From NCBI GenBank assembly GCA_947488865.1, contig CANLCB010000003.1:1-51314 (forward strand): a stretch of 51,314 nt of DNA, written 5' to 3'. Positions 27,043 through 37,565 of the stretch are shown here, one piece after another. Numbering within the stretch: position 1 is the stretch's first letter; each line of letters begins with the position of its first letter. A model generated the notes under the pieces. That model was given only the letters and a program-made list of their open reading frames with translations, searched no databases and was not told the origin of the DNA. The stretch is from Deltaproteobacteria bacterium. GTDB lineage: Bacteria > Bdellovibrionota_C > UBA2361 > OMII01. The translations under genes were made by a program, and so were the position numbers.

Positions 27043-28938
27043 CTAATAACCGCTCTCGACCTTCTCTTCTGGATTGATAAAGGTGCCTGTTGACGGGGCT
27101 GCAGCGCCTCCGCCTTGCGATACTAACGATCCTGGCAACCTCTCTTGGAACCCATTTGAGGAGACTTCTACGACATAAAATGATCGCGAAATATCATCAC
27201 CGGCTTGCGTCACTATAGAGCCAGTCACGCCCTCATACGGTGGGAGCTTCGATAGCGCTTCGTTGAAGCTGATATTATCCCGAGCCGCGCGGCGTATAGT
27301 GTTCAGCACCAACGTACCAACATCAAATCCCTGCGCGGCGAGAAAATTAGGCGCCGTCTTGTATCGAGCTTTATACGAATCAGAGAACTGGCGAACTATC
27401 ACGCGCGAACTTTGCGGGAAGAAAGGCGATACAAAGACAGCCCCCTCAAAGAGCGCTTGTGAATTAGCGAGCTTCGCCGGATTGTCCCACAACGCGGTCC
27501 CCAGTGGACGAACCTTTTTACGAGCTGAAGCGGGCAGGTTTGAGAGAATCTTCACGCTCGTCTCAATCGTATCAGGAATAAGAACGGCTTGTGCCCCAGA
27601 CGCCTCTAAACGCTGAATAGCCTCAAACAGCGACGCTTCATCGCTTGCTACGTATGGGGCCTCAAGAACGAGAGAGAGTCCGCGAGACTGTAGGGACTTC
27701 TTGTATACCTGCAAGAACTCCTGCCCATTTGCGCTCTCTGGATACATGATGGCGAACTGGGTGAGCTTGTAATCATCGGAGGCTGAAGTGACGAGCGCGT
27801 CAACTTGGCTTGAGGTTGTGGCACCAAGCCGCGCGACGCCTCCTCCCGTTCTAAAGGTCTCACTCTTTGAAAGCGATATCAGCGGAACTCTAACCTCTCG
27901 AGCGGTATCGGCAGCGGATACAGCGACCTCCGTAAGAAGTGGGCCAACGATAACCGAAGGCTTCGCCGTATTGACCAATTCGCGCACAGCAGCCGAAGCG
28001 GCGGAAGCGTCAACTCCAACATCACGCACTTCTACTTTAATTTTTGGTTGGCCCGAGTCAGCGGCTAGCGCCATCTCAAAGCCCTGCTTTGTGTCGCGGC
28101 CCAAAGAACCGAAACGATCGGACAAACTTAAAAGAACTCCGACTACAGGCGCAGAGGCTGAAGGGATCCCGGTGTCTGCGATCATGTTCGACGATCCTGA
28201 CTCTGGCGATACTATCCAGAAAGGAAGCCGAAGGTCTGTCTTAGTATCTCGTCCCCCTAACGAAGCTCGACGAGCCCGCTCCCTACCCATCAACTCGTTG
28301 ATAAAGGGATCACTACTCCAATCCAGAGCGACCGCCTCGAAGCTCTCCTGAGGTATCGTCCTTAACAAAAGAGACGCCCCTCGGTCCGAAGCTTGCGCAC
28401 CAATCCGCTCTCCCTGCTGAGCCTGTCGGTTCGCCTTAGAAAACCAAGCAAGCGACTGCTCCGTGTCTCCGTGACGTCCGTACGCGTAGGCAAGAAGGAG
28501 CGAGAAAGCCGTGCTCACGTCATTCTCTCCCATCCCCCGATTCTTAAAATAAGTACTCGCGACAGCGAGAGCTCTCGATGATTCATCAAGCGCGAGGTAT
28601 TGGCTCGCCGTTCTGAGCGCCGCAGCTTCCGACTCGCTATCCGACAACTTCATGGCGTTTGCTTTTTGATACGCCTCTAGCGCGGAGCGTCGCTTCCCCT
28701 TTTGAATGTACTCATCCCCAAGTAAGAGAGATGGATTGGTCAGTCGTGCGCCATGCTGATCATAAAAAGGTCGCCAAATCTCCCATGGCATTGGCTCAGA
28801 CGAAGCGGCAAGCGACATCTCTCGAGCGCTGCGCTCTGGAACTCGCCGACCATTAACTTTATCTGGCGTGACGGAACATCCCGAAACACCAAGAAGTAAG
28901 GACGCTGCGATGAAGATGTGTGTGCGGGGGTGAACCAT
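27043..28938 (-). CDS. LpoA-like penicillin-binding protein activator lipoprotein
   Basis: Lipobox LLGVSGC; TPR-like N-half; type-I periplasmic-binding-protein C-half (VGVLLSLSDRFGSLG, IVGPLL, AAQGFD, YEGVTG). Confidence 0.78.
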   Translation of the reverse strand: MVHPRTHIFIAASLLLGVSGCSVTPDKVNGRRVPERSAREMSLAASSEPMPWEIWRPFYDQHGARLTNPSLLLGDEYIQKGKRRSALEAYQKANAMKLSDSESEAAALRTASQYLALDESSRALAVASTYFKNRGMGENDVSTAFSLLLAYAYGRHGDTEQSLAWFSKANRQAQQGERIGAQASDRGASLLLRTIPQESFEAVALDWSSDPFINELMGRERARRASLGGRDTKTDLRLPFWIVSPESGSSNMIADTGIPSASAPVVGVLLSLSDRFGSLGRDTKQGFEMALAADSGQPKIKVEVRDVGVDASAASAAVRELVNTAKPSVIVGPLLTEVAVSAADTAREVRVPLISLSKSETFRTGGGVARLGATTSSQVDALVTSASDDYKLTQFAIMYPESANGQEFLQVYKKSLQSRGLSLVLEAPYVASDEASLFEAIQRLEASGAQAVLIPDTIETSVKILSNLPASARKKVRPLGTALWDNPAKLANSQALFEGAVFVSPFFPQSSRVIVRQFSDSYKARYKTAPNFLAAQGFDVGTLVLNTIRRAARDNISFNEALSKLPPYEGVTGSIVTQAGDDISRSFYVVEVSSNGFQERLPGSLVSQGGGAAAPSTGTFINPEEKVESGY

Positions 28939-29163
28939 ACGATTGTCGCTTCGAATACGATCGGTAACGATGTCGACCCACTATACGACCGCTCAAGGCT
29001 GGTAGCCAACTACGAAATGGCGAGACCTCCCCTCCTTCACGCGACACCAGAGGAGACAAACTATCACTCGGGCACAACCGATATAGCCTACGCCCCTTCA
29101 TAACACGGTCACAAAACGCAGTGGCGCTTCCAAAGACTCTTACGGAAGCACCTCGGAGAGGTC

Positions 29164-30303
29164 CTAGGAGAACATATCCTTCACCTTATTGAAGAAGCCT
29201 TTGTCCGACTCATCTTCAATTGGGGAACCTTGAAGCGTTGCGAGCTTCTCAAGCAACTCTCGCTCCTCTTCAGAGACCTTCTTTGGCACATGCACGTAGA
29301 CACGCACATGTTGGTCACCTCGGCGCTGCGGATTGCTCCCGAGAATTGGAATTCCTTTATTCTTGATTCGGAAAACCTTGCCGGAAGGAGTTCCCGCGGG
29401 GATCTTAAGCTTCAACTTTCCATCAAGCGATGGCACTTCAAGCTCGGTTCCAAGCACTGCCGCCGTGAAGGCGATAGGTACTTCGCATATAACTTCATGG
29501 TCCTGACGCTGGAAGATCGGATGATCATCGATAAGAATCTGCACGTAGAGATCTCCACTCTGACCTCCAGCTAATCCAGCTTCTCCCTCTCCACGCATCT
29601 TGAGGCGTTGCCCGTTGTCGACACCGGCAGGCACCTTCACCTTTAGCTTAGACTCTTTCACCTTGAGTCCAACACCCGAGCACGCCGTACATGGGTTCTT
29701 TACGACCTCTCCAGCTCCACCACACGCGTGGCAGGTGCGAGCTAACGTAAAGAATCCTTGCTGAACTCGAATCTGACCGGCACCTTCACACTGCGGGCAT
29801 CGCTCACGAGCGCTCCCCTTTGCCGCCCCACTTCCCGAGCACGTATCGCATTTCGAACGGCGTCCAATTGTGATCTCTTTCTCGCAACCAAACGCGGCCT
29901 CTTCAAACAAGAGCTCCATATCGTAGCGAAGGTCGTTTCCAGCTCGGCCTCGACCACGACGAGGGTCGCCACCCATGCCGCCCATTCCACCACCGAAGAA
30001 GGTGCTGAAGATGTCGCCGAAGATATCCTCAAATCCTGAGAAGTCCCCGCTTTGGAAACCACCCGCTCCGCCACCCTGAGTAAATGCGGCGTGACCGAAT
30101 CGATCGTACTTGGCGCGGTTCTCCGCGTCGCTTAGCACGCTGTAGGCTTCTGTTGCCTCTTTAAACTTCTCTTCAGCCTCTTTGTTTCCTGGATTTTTGT
30201 CAGGATGAAACTGCACCGCCTTCTTGCGGTATGCCTTCTTGATGTCCTCAAGGGATGCCCCTTTGGCCACCTCTAAAACTTCGTAATAATCTCGCTTCGA
30301 CAC
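29164..30303 (-). CDS. dnaJ: Chaperone DnaJ
   Basis: HPD J-domain, G/F-rich linker, four CxxCxGxG repeats. Confidence 0.98.
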   Translation of the reverse strand: MSKRDYYEVLEVAKGASLEDIKKAYRKKAVQFHPDKNPGNKEAEEKFKEATEAYSVLSDAENRAKYDRFGHAAFTQGGGAGGFQSGDFSGFEDIFGDIFSTFFGGGMGGMGGDPRRGRGRAGNDLRYDMELLFEEAAFGCEKEITIGRRSKCDTCSGSGAAKGSARERCPQCEGAGQIRVQQGFFTLARTCHACGGAGEVVKNPCTACSGVGLKVKESKLKVKVPAGVDNGQRLKMRGEGEAGLAGGQSGDLYVQILIDDHPIFQRQDHEVICEVPIAFTAAVLGTELEVPSLDGKLKLKIPAGTPSGKVFRIKNKGIPILGSNPQRRGDQHVRVYVHVPKKVSEEERELLEKLATLQGSPIEDESDKGFFNKVKDMFS

Positions 30304-30407
30304 GTCCTCACCTTAGCTCGAATAGCGCTCTTTGTCTTTACTTGGGGCCCAACAGGGCAGTGAAAAAGAGTTCCTTTTTTCAGCCCCCTGAAAGAATCCC
30401 GCCCGCC

Positions 30408-30456
30408 AAAGAGAAAGGCCCCCGAGTTCGACCGCTAAGTCGATACTCGAGAGCCT
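30408..30456 (-). terminator. Intrinsic terminator/attenuator between dnaK and dnaJ
   Basis: Minus strand AGGCUCUCGAGU-A-UCGAC-uuagcg-GUCGA-ACUCGGGGGCCU then UUCUCUUU; the two G-U pairs form only on this strand. Confidence 0.7.
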
Positions 30457-30479
30457 CCCCTTAACCCCTTAACGAGGGG

Positions 30480-32405
30480 CTACTTGCTGTCGCGAACCTC
30501 TTCATAGTCAGCGTCAACAACATCGTCCTTATCCGCGGCGGAAGCACCAGCGCCATTATGGCTCTCAGCTCCGTTTGCGGCAGCGCCCTGCTGTTGCTCA
30601 GCAGCTCGCTTGTAAGCCTCCTCAGAGAGCTTATGGCTAGCTTTCTCAAGAGCGGTAAACGCGCTCTTAATAGCCTCCACATCATTGCTCTCAAGAGCTT
30701 TCTTAGCGTCCTCAACGGCTGTGTTCACAGAGCCCTTGAGGTCAGCGGTTGCCTTGTCGCCAAGCTCGTTGAGGGTCTTCTCAGTCGCGTATACCATGCT
30801 GTCAAGCTTGTTACGCTCCTCAACCATCTCACGACGCTTACGATCTTCCTCAGCGTGAGCCTTCGCGTCGTTCACCATGCGCTCAATCTCTTCCTTAGAA
30901 AGACCCGAGCTTGCGGTGATCTTGATCGACTGCTCTTTGCCAGTTCCAAGATCCTTAGCGCCTACAGAAACGATACCGTTTGCGTCGATGTCGAAAGTAA
31001 CCTCAATTTGAGGAACTCCTCGTGGAGCCGCGGGAATTCCCACAAGCTCGAATCGACCAAGGGTCTTATTGTCCGCCGACATCTCACGCTCTCCTTGAAG
31101 AACGTGGATCGACACCGCAGGCTGATTGTCAGAAGCGGTAGAGAACACTTGCGACTTGCGGGTTGGGATCGTCGTGTTCTTATCGATGAGCTTCGTGGAC
31201 ACGCCACCGTATGTTTCGATACCAAGGCTAAGAGGAGTAACGTCGAGAAGGAGAACGTCCTTCACATCACCCTGAAGCACTCCACCCTGAACCGCGGCTC
31301 CGATCGCTACGGCCTCGTCTGGGTTCACGCTCTTCGAAGCTTCTTTACCGAAGATCTCCTTAACGCGCTGTTGAACCGCTGGCATACGGGTCATACCTCC
31401 GACGAGGATAACCTCACCAATCTCACTTGCCTTAAGCCCAGCGTCCTTCAACGCGGTGCGGCATGGCTCCTCAAGTCGACGAAGAAGGTCAGAGCAGAGA
31501 GACTCGAACTTAGCGCGCGAGATCTTCAAGTTAAGGTGCTTCGGACCAGACGCATCAGCCGTAATGAACGGAAGGTTGATGTCTGTTTCCATCGAAGATG
31601 AGAGCTCATGCTTTGCCTTCTCAGCAGCCTCTTTCAGACGCTGCAACGCCATCGTGTCCTTACGAAGGTCTATTCCTTGCTCCTTTTTGAACTCATCAGC
31701 GATGTAGTCTACAAGGATAAGGTCGAAGTCCTCTCCTCCAAGGAAGGTATCTCCGTTGGTGGACTTAACCTCGAACACGCCGTCGCCAAGCTCAAGGACC
31801 GATACGTCAAACGTACCTCCTCCGAGGTCGAATACAGCGATGGTCTTCTCATGCTTCTTATCAAGACCGTACGCGAGAGCGGCCGCAGTTGGCTCGTTGA
31901 TGATTCGAAGAACGTTAAGTCCCGCGATCTTTCCGGCGTCCTTCGTTGCCTGACGCTGCGCGTCATCGAAGTACGCTGGAACTGTAATAACAGCGTCAGT
32001 AACAGCCTCACCGAGGTAATCCTCAGCGGTCTGCTTCATCTTCGTGAGAACCATCGCGGAGACCTCTTGAGGGCTCTTTGACTCGTTCTTGAGCTTCACC
32101 CACGCGTCGCCATTTCCAGACGCCACGATCTCATAAGGAAGAACTCTCTTGGCCTTCTCCACCTCAGGAGCGTCAACCTTTCGGCCGATCAAACGTTTAA
32201 CAGCGAAGATGGTGTTCTTTGGATTTGTAACAGCTTGGCGCTTCGCAATCTGTCCTACAAGACGCTCACCAGCGTCGTTCACACCTACTACTGACGGTGT
32301 CGTGCGGCTTCCTTCACTGTTAGCGATAACCGTCGGGGTTCCACCTTCCATGACCGCTACGCACGAATTCGTAGTTCCTAAATCGATTCCAATCACTTTT
32401 CCCAT
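30480..32405 (-). CDS. dnaK: Chaperone DnaK (Hsp70)
   Basis: [30 protein letters not shown]. Confidence 0.99.
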   Translation of the reverse strand: MGKVIGIDLGTTNSCVAVMEGGTPTVIANSEGSRTTPSVVGVNDAGERLVGQIAKRQAVTNPKNTIFAVKRLIGRKVDAPEVEKAKRVLPYEIVASGNGDAWVKLKNESKSPQEVSAMVLTKMKQTAEDYLGEAVTDAVITVPAYFDDAQRQATKDAGKIAGLNVLRIINEPTAAALAYGLDKKHEKTIAVFDLGGGTFDVSVLELGDGVFEVKSTNGDTFLGGEDFDLILVDYIADEFKKEQGIDLRKDTMALQRLKEAAEKAKHELSSSMETDINLPFITADASGPKHLNLKISRAKFESLCSDLLRRLEEPCRTALKDAGLKASEIGEVILVGGMTRMPAVQQRVKEIFGKEASKSVNPDEAVAIGAAVQGGVLQGDVKDVLLLDVTPLSLGIETYGGVSTKLIDKNTTIPTRKSQVFSTASDNQPAVSIHVLQGEREMSADNKTLGRFELVGIPAAPRGVPQIEVTFDIDANGIVSVGAKDLGTGKEQSIKITASSGLSKEEIERMVNDAKAHAEEDRKRREMVEERNKLDSMVYATEKTLNELGDKATADLKGSVNTAVEDAKKALESNDVEAIKSAFTALEKASHKLSEEAYKRAAEQQQGAAANGAESHNGAGASAADKDDVVDADYEEVRDSK

Positions 32406-32434
32406 AGCAACTCCTTACTAAAATCTTTATGTCC

Positions 32435-32998
32435 CTAGGCCTGCGTTCCTTCGCCTGTCACCGCTACAACTACCTCGCCGCAACGAATGAGCTTGTCTTT
32501 GTAGAAGTACGGCTTCTTGAGCTCCCCTACGATGACCCCAGCCTCAGCTCCTGGAACCTTGCTGATAGCCGCATGCTTCGCGGGATCGAACTGAGAGCCA
32601 ACGCTTACCTCTCCCCGAATATCCCACCGACCAAGCTTCTCTACGAAGAGCTTGTGAACCATCTCAAGCCCTGTCTTTAAAGAGGTCGGATCAGCCGAAC
32701 TGTGAGACAAAGCCAACTCTAGGTTGTCGAGCACCTCAAGGAGGTCGACGACAATCTTCTCTCCTTGGTACTTAAGCAGCTCTGACTGCTCCTTCAAGGT
32801 CCGCTTCTTAAAATTCTCAAAATCAGCCATCAAACGAACATAGCGGTCGCGAAGCTCTGCCACCTGTTTTTCAAGGGCGACCTTTTCAGCCTCAAGCCCT
32901 ACCGGCTCTCCAGCTCCATTAACATCCTGATTTGACTGATCTACACCTTCCGAAGGAGTGCCTTGATGTGCCTCCTCGCGCGCCTGCTCTTCCGTCAT
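32435..32998 (-). CDS. grpE: Nucleotide exchange factor GrpE
   Basis: RLMADFENFKKR, LLEVLDNLELAL, FDPAKH; alternative start at 33028. Confidence 0.96.
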   Translation of the reverse strand: MTEEQAREEAHQGTPSEGVDQSNQDVNGAGEPVGLEAEKVALEKQVAELRDRYVRLMADFENFKKRTLKEQSELLKYQGEKIVVDLLEVLDNLELALSHSSADPTSLKTGLEMVHKLFVEKLGRWDIRGEVSVGSQFDPAKHAAISKVPGAEAGVIVGELKKPYFYKDKLIRCGEVVVAVTGEGTQA

Positions 32999-33094
32999 GC
33001 TTACTCTTTGCGTACGTCTAAAAATCATCCCCCCTCGCTTCCTTGGAAGGAACTCCTAAGGAGGCTTAAAGCCTCTTTGTTTCTTTCAGTGTGT

Positions 33095-33123
33095 GCTATA
33101 AACACTGTCCGAGGCTTTTTCAA
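33095..33123 (-). promoter_or_regulatory. Possible promoter of grpE-dnaK-dnaJ
   Basis: Minus strand TTGAAA-N17-TATAGC. Confidence 0.35.
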
Positions 33124-33764
33124 TGTCTACCCCCCTAAAGAACCCATTAAACCCCTCCGAACAGCTCAAAAGAGGGCAGGACGTGGCTGTGCCAGCGCTG
33201 GTCCTAAGGATTTATCCCTTCCGGGATAACGACCTGATGGCTCACCTCCTTACCCCCTCGATCGGGAAGATTTCCGTCGTCGCCCGACACGCTCGCGGCA
33301 GCCGAAAACGATTCCCGAGCTCTCTCGACATATTTGACCGGGGAACGGCGCGGCTAACTGTCGAGAAAAGCGGAGCGTTTGGAGTGAAGGAATTTACACC
33401 CTCACACTCTTTGACTCGCGTGCGCTATGACCTGGACAAGCTCACATTGGCGTCACTGTTATGCGAAGCCTTCGATGTCGTTATTCCGGACGAAGGCGAA
33501 GTAACGTCCCCGAGAATGTTTGAGGTGCTCGACTTAAGCCTCAACGCCATCGACGAATCGCCGGACGTAAAAGGCGCCCTGCGCGCGACCTTCATCGGAC
33601 TCGCCTCACTGGCTCAAGAGAGCGGGATAGCGGACATCGCAACCGACGCTCCTGGCAGTCGTGCCTTGATGATGGTCCTTGACGCGATAGAACGCTTCAC
33701 AGAGCGCAGGCTCATGACGAAAGCGTCGTTAAAAGACACGATTAAAAAAGCGGCAAACGCTTAA
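33123..33764 (+). CDS. recO: DNA repair protein RecO
   Basis: ALVLRIYPFRDNDLMAHLLTPSIGKISVVARHARGSRKRF (RecO OB fold); no C-terminal Zn finger; start may be GTG 33183. Confidence 0.85.
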   Translation: MSTPLKNPLNPSEQLKRGQDVAVPALVLRIYPFRDNDLMAHLLTPSIGKISVVARHARGSRKRFPSSLDIFDRGTARLTVEKSGAFGVKEFTPSHSLTRVRYDLDKLTLASLLCEAFDVVIPDEGEVTSPRMFEVLDLSLNAIDESPDVKGALRATFIGLASLAQESGIADIATDAPGSRALMMVLDAIERFTERRLMTKASLKDTIKKAANA

Positions 33765-33776
33765 GGCTATCCACCG

Positions 33777-34106
33777 TTAGTGGCAACCGCAGCCAGATCC
33801 ACACCCCTTCTTAGGAGTAGTCGTGGTCGAGTCAGCCGAAGTGGTCGAGTCAGAGGAGCTAGACGTCGAATCCGAACTCTTAGACTTTGGGCTCTTCTTG
33901 CCCGACGAAGAGTTGCCAGAGGAGTAATCAGTCTTGTACCAACCACTTCCCTTGAGGTGGAAGGCGGAGGCGGAGACCGCCTTCTGAACGGCACTCTTCT
34001 TGCCCTTCTCCTTACAGTGAGGACACTCCTTAAGCGGCTTGTCGCTGAACTTCTGAATAACCTCGAACCGTCCGCATTTTTCGCACTCGTACTCGTAAAT
34101 TGGCAT
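33777..34106 (-). CDS. FmdB-family zinc-ribbon protein
   Basis: MPIYEYECEKCG...CPHC...FHLKGSGWYKTDY, Ser-rich tail ending CGSGCGCH. Confidence 0.93.
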   Translation of the reverse strand: MPIYEYECEKCGRFEVIQKFSDKPLKECPHCKEKGKKSAVQKAVSASAFHLKGSGWYKTDYSSGNSSSGKKSPKSKSSDSTSSSSDSTTSADSTTTTPKKGCGSGCGCH

Positions 34107-34212
34107 ATGAGACTCACTACTGTAGAAATCGGTATTCCCGAAGGTGTTTTGCCAGTTTGGTCAGGCAAAGACGCCTATCGTACCCTATGGATAGCCATAG
34201 AGCTCTATTTTT

Positions 34213-34527
34213 TCAACTGACGGGGGCGTTTTCAATAACTTGGGCTATTTTTTCTAGGGTTACACCCCGTAAAAGCACCGATTTCCGGCGACTTGTATCC
34301 CCTCGAAGCATCTCGACAGACCTCGAAGGGAGGGTCAGCAGCTCACGCAAAAAATCAACGAGCTCCTGATTGGCCCTCCCCTCAACCGGCGGCGCCGCAA
34401 GCGCGACCTTCGGATACCCGCCGTGAAACCCCATCAAGCGGGTCTTCTTCGCTCGAGGCACGACAAACACCTCCAGAACAACACCATCACCGGAGGTGCG
34501 TAGATATGGTAAAGCGGCGCTTGTCAC
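34213..34527 (-). CDS. yggU: DUF167/YggU family protein
   Basis: VVPRAKK, AAPPVEGRANQEL, RGDTSRRK. Confidence 0.9.
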   Translation of the reverse strand: MTSAALPYLRTSGDGVVLEVFVVPRAKKTRLMGFHGGYPKVALAAPPVEGRANQELVDFLRELLTLPSRSVEMLRGDTSRRKSVLLRGVTLEKIAQVIENAPVS

Positions 34528-34607
34528 ACGCGAGACAATACGCCGTCTTGGGGAATGAGAAAATACAAAGCGAGATTCGATCGAAACATGCTCGCCGCGA
34601 GCGCGTC

Positions 34608-35276
34608 TTACACAGTTACCACAATCTCATTTTTGACCTGAGTAACTCCTGGCGCCATCCACGCGGCGTTCTCCGCTTCTTTACGTTCAGCCCATGAGCG
34701 GACCTGCCCTCTAAGCGTGACCGTCCCGTCGGCCGACTCGACATCGATGTTTCGAGACTCCAAATCGGCGTAACGATGAAGAGCGGCCTTAATCTCGCCC
34801 TTAACCTCTCGAGATTTGATTTGAGGGGATACCGAGATTCGGTTTGTCACCCCTTTAACTCCAATCAGTTGTTCAACAGCCTTCTCAGCGGCCTCACGTT
34901 GATAGTTCCATTCAACACTCCCCTCAAGCGTCACCCACCCCTTACTTACAGAAAGAATGACATTCTCATCCGGGACAGCGGTACTCCACTTAAGCGCGTT
35001 AAGAGCCGCTGTCGCGATTCCAGAGTCAGTCCGTTCTGTAGTGGTGGGAAGTTGAACTTCAATGTCATTTGCGACCGCTCGAACACCGGCCACACGCTTA
35101 ACAATTCGTTCCGTATTCTGCTTTTGAAAATAGCTCGGAACACTACCCGTAAGGGTAATCACGCCAGTCGAAGCCGCCACCCCAATCTTAGAGGCGTCGA
35201 TACTTGGATCCCAGCGAAGATCGTCAATAACGTCCTGCTGGAGCTGCTTGTCATTTTTTACGGTTTTGTCAGTCAT
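34608..35276 (-). CDS. Triple BON-domain (OsmY-like) protein
   Basis: Three repeats of G.VTL.G.V ... AE ... GV..V.N.I.V. Confidence 0.92.
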   Translation of the reverse strand: MTDKTVKNDKQLQQDVIDDLRWDPSIDASKIGVAASTGVITLTGSVPSYFQKQNTERIVKRVAGVRAVANDIEVQLPTTTERTDSGIATAALNALKWSTAVPDENVILSVSKGWVTLEGSVEWNYQREAAEKAVEQLIGVKGVTNRISVSPQIKSREVKGEIKAALHRYADLESRNIDVESADGTVTLRGQVRSWAERKEAENAAWMAPGVTQVKNEIVVTV

Positions 35277-35316
35277 GGTTCCCTCACCTCGGTTCAGTTC
35301 TGGTAGCTACAATTCA

Positions 35317-35658
35317 CTAGGACGCTTGAAGAAGAAGTGGTGTCATAAAACGAACAACTTCTTGCGCGCCTCCCGCCGTGCGAACATCGAGCCGAGTCAA
35401 CCCAACCCCCTCTCCTTCAATTGAAATCACTTGTGGGGACTGAATCACGTGCTCCTGTTGACGACAGGAAACAATAAGCGCGTCGTCGTGCGGGTCGTAA
35501 GAAACTCCATTCAATTGCCACAACGTGCTCTGATGCATCTCCTGCTCTTTTGAGGAGATCGTTATATCGACTCCTTTACCCCTCAAATTGGATGATATGT
35601 TGTCAAAAAAAGGCTGCCACCTCTCTCTTGGTATCTCTCTGCCATGCATCTCAGCCAT
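35317..35658 (-). CDS. DUF5335-like protein
   Basis: EIPRERWQPFFDNIS ... LNGVSYDPHDD ... EHVIQSP. Confidence 0.72.
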   Translation of the reverse strand: MAEMHGREIPRERWQPFFDNISSNLRGKGVDITISSKEQEMHQSTLWQLNGVSYDPHDDALIVSCRQQEHVIQSPQVISIEGEGVGLTRLDVRTAGGAQEVVRFMTPLLLQAS

Positions 35659-35670
35659 AGTTCCTCCGCT

Positions 35671-36084
35671 TTAATGTTCAAGCTCTTCCCGTACAGTTCG
35701 AAGAATATCCTCATAACTGACAATCCCTCGAAGCTGATTGAGCGTGTCCGTAACGATAATTGCTCCGATCTTATTCTCAAGCATCAAGTCGATCACAGAA
35801 GGAAGGTCAGTACTCGGATCGACTGTTATAGGTTTATTCTGCATCACATCTGAAACCGCGAGGAATTTGCGGCGTACGCCGGTCGGGGTTTCCGTAGACT
35901 CACGGTAAACCTCCTCTAAGTAACTGCGAAGGTCTCGCTCGGTAAGCATACCAACCACCTCATTGTGAGCCACAACAGGAAGGTGGCGAATGTTGTGTTC
36001 GTTCATCAGCTCCGCCGCCTCTATGAGCGGCGTTTCAGGCGGCATTGAAAGAACTTTGCGCTCCATTATCTCCGAGACTTCCAT
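35671..36084 (-). CDS. CBS domain pair protein
   Basis: HNIRHLPVV..VVGMLTERDL and KIGAIIV..LRGIVSYEDIL; GGGGAG RBS before ATG 36084. Confidence 0.92.
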   Translation of the reverse strand: MEVSEIMERKVLSMPPETPLIEAAELMNEHNIRHLPVVAHNEVVGMLTERDLRSYLEEVYRESTETPTGVRRKFLAVSDVMQNKPITVDPSTDLPSVIDLMLENKIGAIIVTDTLNQLRGIVSYEDILRTVREELEH

Positions 36085-36308
36085 AGCCAGCTCCCCTAAT
36101 AGGCAGGCCCAATTATAAGTGTTCCTCGAGCGGCAAGGTATGAGAGCTATCACCGACTCCCGGCCGGAATCCCTCTGGAAAAGGAACAAAGCTCCCAAGG
36201 CCTTCAAACCTCACATTCTGCTCACTTGCGATAAGCCTACGTGAAGGTGATAACAGACGAGGAGTTACTCGAAGACGTCGAGCAAACTCCTTTGAACGAA
36301 GGATCTCG

Positions 36309-37043
36309 ATGCGTACCGTTCTCTTCATTCCGGTTTTCAACCAGATTCATGAGTTTCCACAGGTGCTACAGGAACTCAAAGCTCAACAGCTCGCGTGCGA
36401 TACCGTTCTCCTGGTTAACAACGGGTCAAACGATGGCTCCGAGATACTCGTTCGTGAGAGCGGCTATGAATACCTCGATCTGCCCCAAAACCTTGGGATT
36501 GGCCACAGCTTCATAAAGGCTACCGAGTGGGCCCTTGAGCGCGGCTACGACATCTTCTCGGTAATCGCGAGCAACGGCAAAATGCTCCCCTCCGAGCTTA
36601 GTCGCGTTGTCGAGCCAGTGGCGCGAGGGGAAGCTGACTACGTAACGGGAAGTCGGTTTCTCTCAGGGGGAGACTCCCCCAACCTTCCATCTTTCCGAAA
36701 ACACAGCATTCCGATGGTAAATAAATTTGTGAAGGCTCTCTATAACACGAGCCTCACCGACGCCACGTGTGGGTACAAAGCGTACCGACTAGACCTCTTC
36801 CGGCGCGCTCAATTTAATTGGCGAGCCTCTTGGCTTAACACGTACGGCTTTGAGTATTATCTCTACGGGAAAATAATTCTCGATGGCGAGATACGATACA
36901 AAGAGGTGCCAATAACAATGCGCTATCCGGCAAAAGGGAAGCGATACTCAAAAATAAAACCTTTTAGCGGCTGGTACGCCATGATAAAGCCTTGGGTAAT
37001 AGCTCGGCTTGATCGAAAGGGATTCTCCTCTCAACAATCGTAA
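36309..37043 (+). CDS. Family 2 glycosyltransferase (DPM-synthase-like)
   Basis: IPVFNQ, VNNGSNDGS, NLGIG, YVTGSRF, DATCGYKAY; the usual DxD position reads ASN. Confidence 0.88.
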   Translation: MRTVLFIPVFNQIHEFPQVLQELKAQQLACDTVLLVNNGSNDGSEILVRESGYEYLDLPQNLGIGHSFIKATEWALERGYDIFSVIASNGKMLPSELSRVVEPVARGEADYVTGSRFLSGGDSPNLPSFRKHSIPMVNKFVKALYNTSLTDATCGYKAYRLDLFRRAQFNWRASWLNTYGFEYYLYGKIILDGEIRYKEVPITMRYPAKGKRYSKIKPFSGWYAMIKPWVIARLDRKGFSSQQS

Positions 37044-37058
37044 AATATAAATAATCAC

Positions 37059-37523
37059 ATGGCTCATCCAAAACTTCTCCACGTGGGAATCAAAGACGTT
37101 GAATGTGGAGAGAACGTCACTATTGTTGAACCCTCAAATGTGTACGGTTGCACCCTAGCCGATGGCGTATTCGTCGGACCGTTCGTTGAGATTCAGAAAG
37201 GCGTGTCTATCGGAAGACACTCCCGCGTTCAATCGCATACATTCATCTGCGAAGGAGTCTCTATCGGAGAAGACTGCTTCATCGCCCACGGCGTTATGTT
37301 CACAAACGACCTCTTCAAAAAAGGAGGAGCCTCTAGAGATCCGAGCGACTGGAAGACTACGCGCATAGGAGCGCGCGTCTCGATAGGCTCCGGCGCTACA
37401 ATCCTCCCCGTCTCGATCTGTGATGACGTTGTGATTGGCGCTGGAGCCGTAGTGACACGAGATATCAATGAGCCTGGAGTGTATCTAGGAACACCAGCCA
37501 AACTCCATAGAAAGCTCAAATAA
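37059..37523 (+). CDS. Hexapeptide-repeat (left-handed beta-helix) acyltransferase
   Basis: FVGPFVEIQK, QSHTFICEGV.IG..CFIAHGVMFTND, IGAGAVVTRD, GTPAK. Confidence 0.92.
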   Translation: MAHPKLLHVGIKDVECGENVTIVEPSNVYGCTLADGVFVGPFVEIQKGVSIGRHSRVQSHTFICEGVSIGEDCFIAHGVMFTNDLFKKGGASRDPSDWKTTRIGARVSIGSGATILPVSICDDVVIGAGAVVTRDINEPGVYLGTPAKLHRKLK

Positions 37524-37565
37524 CGCGCGTCAGAATCATACTGCCGCCGCAAGCCCGAACGTTAT

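Noticed and set aside
30558-32081. Long plus-strand ORFs (347 aa and 157 aa) opposite dnaK
   Set aside because: Antisense shadows of a highly codon-biased gene; long antisense ORFs on dnaK are a known annotation artefact.
33076-33100. Possible CIRCE half-site (TAGCACAC on the minus strand) upstream of grpE
   Set aside because: The second arm GAGTGCTAA is absent at 9-nt spacing and no hrcA is adjacent.
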